Shown here piece after piece: positions 62,328-64,000 of a DNA stretch of 64,000 bases; position 1 is the stretch's first letter, and each line of letters starts with the position of its first letter. The notes under the pieces are model-generated. The model worked only from the letters and a program-made list of their open reading frames with translations. It searched no databases and was not told the DNA's origin. The position numbers and the translations under genes were made by a program. This DNA comes from Thermodesulfobacteriota bacterium (lineage in GTDB: Bacteria; Desulfobacterota; GWC2-55-46), in NCBI GenBank assembly GCA_046757705.1, contig JBHHYT010000001.1:237-64236 (forward strand), written 5' to 3'.

Positions 62328-63757
62328 CCCATATACCCCCGGCCTATGAGCGGCCACCAGAAGGCGGCCACTATGTTAAATACTATCCATGCCGTAACGG
62401 ACATGATAACGCCTCCCTTTATCATGTCCCGAGTAGTGACGAAGTTCGACGAGACCGCTATGGCGTTGGCCGGCGTCGACATCGGCAGCATGAAGGCGAG
62501 CCCCGCTGGCACCGCTATGGCGTACGTCAGCATGGCCGGGTCCATCGACAGCCTGCCCGCCATGCCGATGCAGACCGGCAGGAGCACGGCTATGACCGCG
62601 GCGTTGCTCATGGCCTCCGTCAGGAGGATGGACAAGAGCGAGAATATCGCGAAGACCACCCAGGGGCTCCCGGCCCACTTGCCCACAACGCCGTTTACTA
62701 TCCACGAGGCCGCTCCGCTCCTGTCCAGCGCGGTGCCGAGTATGATGGCCCCGCCGTACATCAATATTATACCCCAGTTCACATACTCTTCGATATCTTT
62801 CCATCTTACGAGGCGGAAGACGAAGAGCGCGACGACCGAGATAAGCGCCACGGCGGCAAGGCCGAAGGCGCCGCCGAAGAATATCCACGCGAGCACCGTG
62901 AGGCAGAGCACCGTGCCCACGGCGTACTCCGTAACGGTGATCTTGCCGAGGTTCTTGAGCCTGCGCGCAAGCACCCTGTGCGCCTGCTCCACCCCGGTCA
63001 CATCGATGGGGAAAAAGCGCGTGAGCAGGAAGTACCCCGCAAAGAGCATCACCACCACCAGCGGCAGGACCGCTATCGTGTAGTCGAGAAAGCCTATGGT
63101 CCCGCCGGTGGTCTCCCGCAGGATGCCTATGGCCAGAGGCACCCGCGCGCCTCCGAGGAAGGTGCCCACGCCCCCTATGACGCAGCCCCAGGCGAGCGCG
63201 AAGAAGAGCAGCTTGCCGTAGTTCGACCTTCCCGGGCGCAGGTTGAGCCCCTTGGATATCTCCAGCACTATGGGAAAGAGCATCGCTGCCACGGCGTGCT
63301 CCGACATGAAGAACGAGAGCACGGCGGCAAGCCCGAATATGCTTATGAGCAGCTTGCGCGGAGAGCGCCCGAACCTGTTCATGATGTTGAGCGCTATCCT
63401 GTTGGAGAGCCCCGAGTGCATGACCGCCCCGGCGAGAATGAACGCGCCGAGTATGAAAAAGACGGCCTCGTTGCCGAAGAGCGCGTATGTCTCCCTCTGG
63501 GGGAGCACCCCGAGCAAAGGAACGAGCACGATGGCGAACAGGCTCGTAATGGCAAGGGGCACCGCGTTCGTCACCCAGAGCACGAGGCAGAGAAGGAATA
63601 TCGCTATGGCCCTCTGCCCCTGGACCGAAAGCCCTTCCGGGGCCTGCCGGGTAACGACGAACAGGAAGAGAGCGGCGAGGACGATGAAAAAGACCGGCCT
63701 GACAGCCTTCGACAAAAGGATAAGCCATATAGGCCTTGTGTCTATCTCAATGCTCAC
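62324..63757 (-). CDS. SLC13/DASS-family anion:Na+ symporter (putative sulfate permease)
   Basis: 477 aa. About 12-14 TM. Duplicated hairpin motifs (SNAAVIAVLLPV, MSTPANAIA). Translationally coupled to usp in the sulfate-activation cluster. Confidence 0.75.
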   Translation of the reverse strand: MSIEIDTRPIWLILLSKAVRPVFFIVLAALFLFVVTRQAPEGLSVQGQRAIAIFLLCLVLWVTNAVPLAITSLFAIVLVPLLGVLPQRETYALFGNEAVFFILGAFILAGAVMHSGLSNRIALNIMNRFGRSPRKLLISIFGLAAVLSFFMSEHAVAAMLFPIVLEISKGLNLRPGRSNYGKLLFFALAWGCVIGGVGTFLGGARVPLAIGILRETTGGTIGFLDYTIAVLPLVVVMLFAGYFLLTRFFPIDVTGVEQAHRVLARRLKNLGKITVTEYAVGTVLCLTVLAWIFFGGAFGLAAVALISVVALFVFRLVRWKDIEEYVNWGIILMYGGAIILGTALDRSGAASWIVNGVVGKWAGSPWVVFAIFSLLSILLTEAMSNAAVIAVLLPVCIGMAGRLSMDPAMLTYAIAVPAGLAFMLPMSTPANAIAVSSNFVTTRDMIKGGVIMSVTAWIVFNIVAAFWWPLIGRGYMG

Positions 63758-63823
63758 TTGCGACCGCTCCGCTGCTTCAGATGTCCGTGTCCAACCCCGG
63801 CACAGCCCTGTACGGCAATTCGC

Positions 63824-64000
63824 TTAGCCGGAGGAGTCCGGCGGGTCGTCGTGGTCCTTGACCCTGAGCTTGCGCCTTATCGAGGAGAGCCCCCACGCGG
63901 TCTTGCGCCCTATGCTCGACTTGTAGAAGCTCTCGATAAACGAGGAACGCGCGCCGTCGGCGCCCATAAGCCCCCTTATCTCGGCGGGCGTCGTGACCAT
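63824..64000 (-). CDS. C-terminal fragment of an unidentified protein (gene continues beyond window edge)
   Basis: Open minus-strand frame from the window edge to TAA at 63824-63826 (...SFIESFYKSSIGRKTAWGLSSIRRKLRVKDHDDPPDSSG*). The ATG exactly at 64000 is probably coincidental. Confidence 0.3.
   Translation of the reverse strand: MVTTPAEIRGLMGADGARSSFIESFYKSSIGRKTAWGLSSIRRKLRVKDHDDPPDSSG

Noticed and set aside
63824-64000. A complete 58-aa small protein starting at the ATG exactly at position 64000
   Set aside because: The ATG at the window boundary is most likely coincidental. The frame is open to the edge, so this is treated as a C-terminal fragment of a larger upstream gene.

Overview
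This 64 kb window is high-GC (about 65%) and reads as a contiguous, densely coding bacterial chromosome segment, mostly on the minus strand. The gene content (Rnf, a Geobacter/Myxococcus-style pil locus with a sigma-54 pilA promoter, c3/c7-type multihaem cytochrome, a selenoprotein) suggests Deltaproteobacteria-like (Desulfobacterota/Myxococcota) or a related anaerobe lineage; that assignment is inference only. I found no rRNA, tRNA, CRISPR array, transposase or integrase.

Genes in order:
- 1-1705 (minus): cytochrome-c biogenesis ResB N-terminal fragment, a TPR lipoprotein and a Cys-rich lipoprotein.
- 1993-7466 (minus): a complete rnfCDGEAB operon.
- 7931-9733 (minus): HtrA/DegP protease and a GT2 glycosyltransferase.
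- 9939-11099 (plus): a secreted hexahaem c3/c7-type cytochrome.
- 11547-12341 (minus): a PrdB/GrdB-family selenoprotein whose in-frame UGA made the ORF caller split it in two.
- 12514-15657 (minus): a monohaem cytochrome c and a CopA Cu-ATPase.
- 15877-23945 (plus): a glycan-type biosynthetic cluster with three radical-SAM enzymes (two with SPASM/twitch-like Cys clusters, one B12-binding), a ThDP-dependent E1 alpha/beta pair, GT2, GT9 and a His-rich membrane protein.
- 23932-37928 (minus): a type IV pilus locus pilB-pilT-pilC-pilS-pilR-X-pilA, where X and the two genes after pilA are TPR-tailed GT-C-like membrane proteins (ArnT/PMT-like and TMTC/DUF1736-like).
- 38096-41942 (minus): a two-component system with a CxxCH haem motif in the sensor, pgsA and a lytic transglycosylase.
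- 42511-44124 (plus): nadB.
- 44237-48798 (minus): a hybrid kinase, a TPR lipoprotein and an Mla-like ABC system with a degenerate ATPase.
- 49129-55485 (minus): a six-gene envelope cluster (CsgG-like lipoprotein, two LPP20-domain proteins, a DUF799-like lipoprotein, an SLH-domain lipoprotein and an OM beta-barrel).
- 55747-56836 (minus): a second pilin-like gene and a HAMP membrane protein.
- 57005-63757 (minus): M20 amidohydrolase, then a sulfate-activation cluster (sat-cysC fusion, cysQ, cysH, usp, SLC13 transporter).

Candidates for an undescribed system:
- The GT-C/TPR genes wrapped around a Cys-less Geobacter-like pilin, next to the radical-SAM sugar cluster (possible pilin/envelope glycosylation).
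- The CsgG-like/LPP20/DUF799/SLH envelope cluster.
- The orphan PrdB-like selenoprotein with a SECIS-like hairpin.

All assignments rest on reading the six-frame translations and motifs by eye. I ran no database searches.
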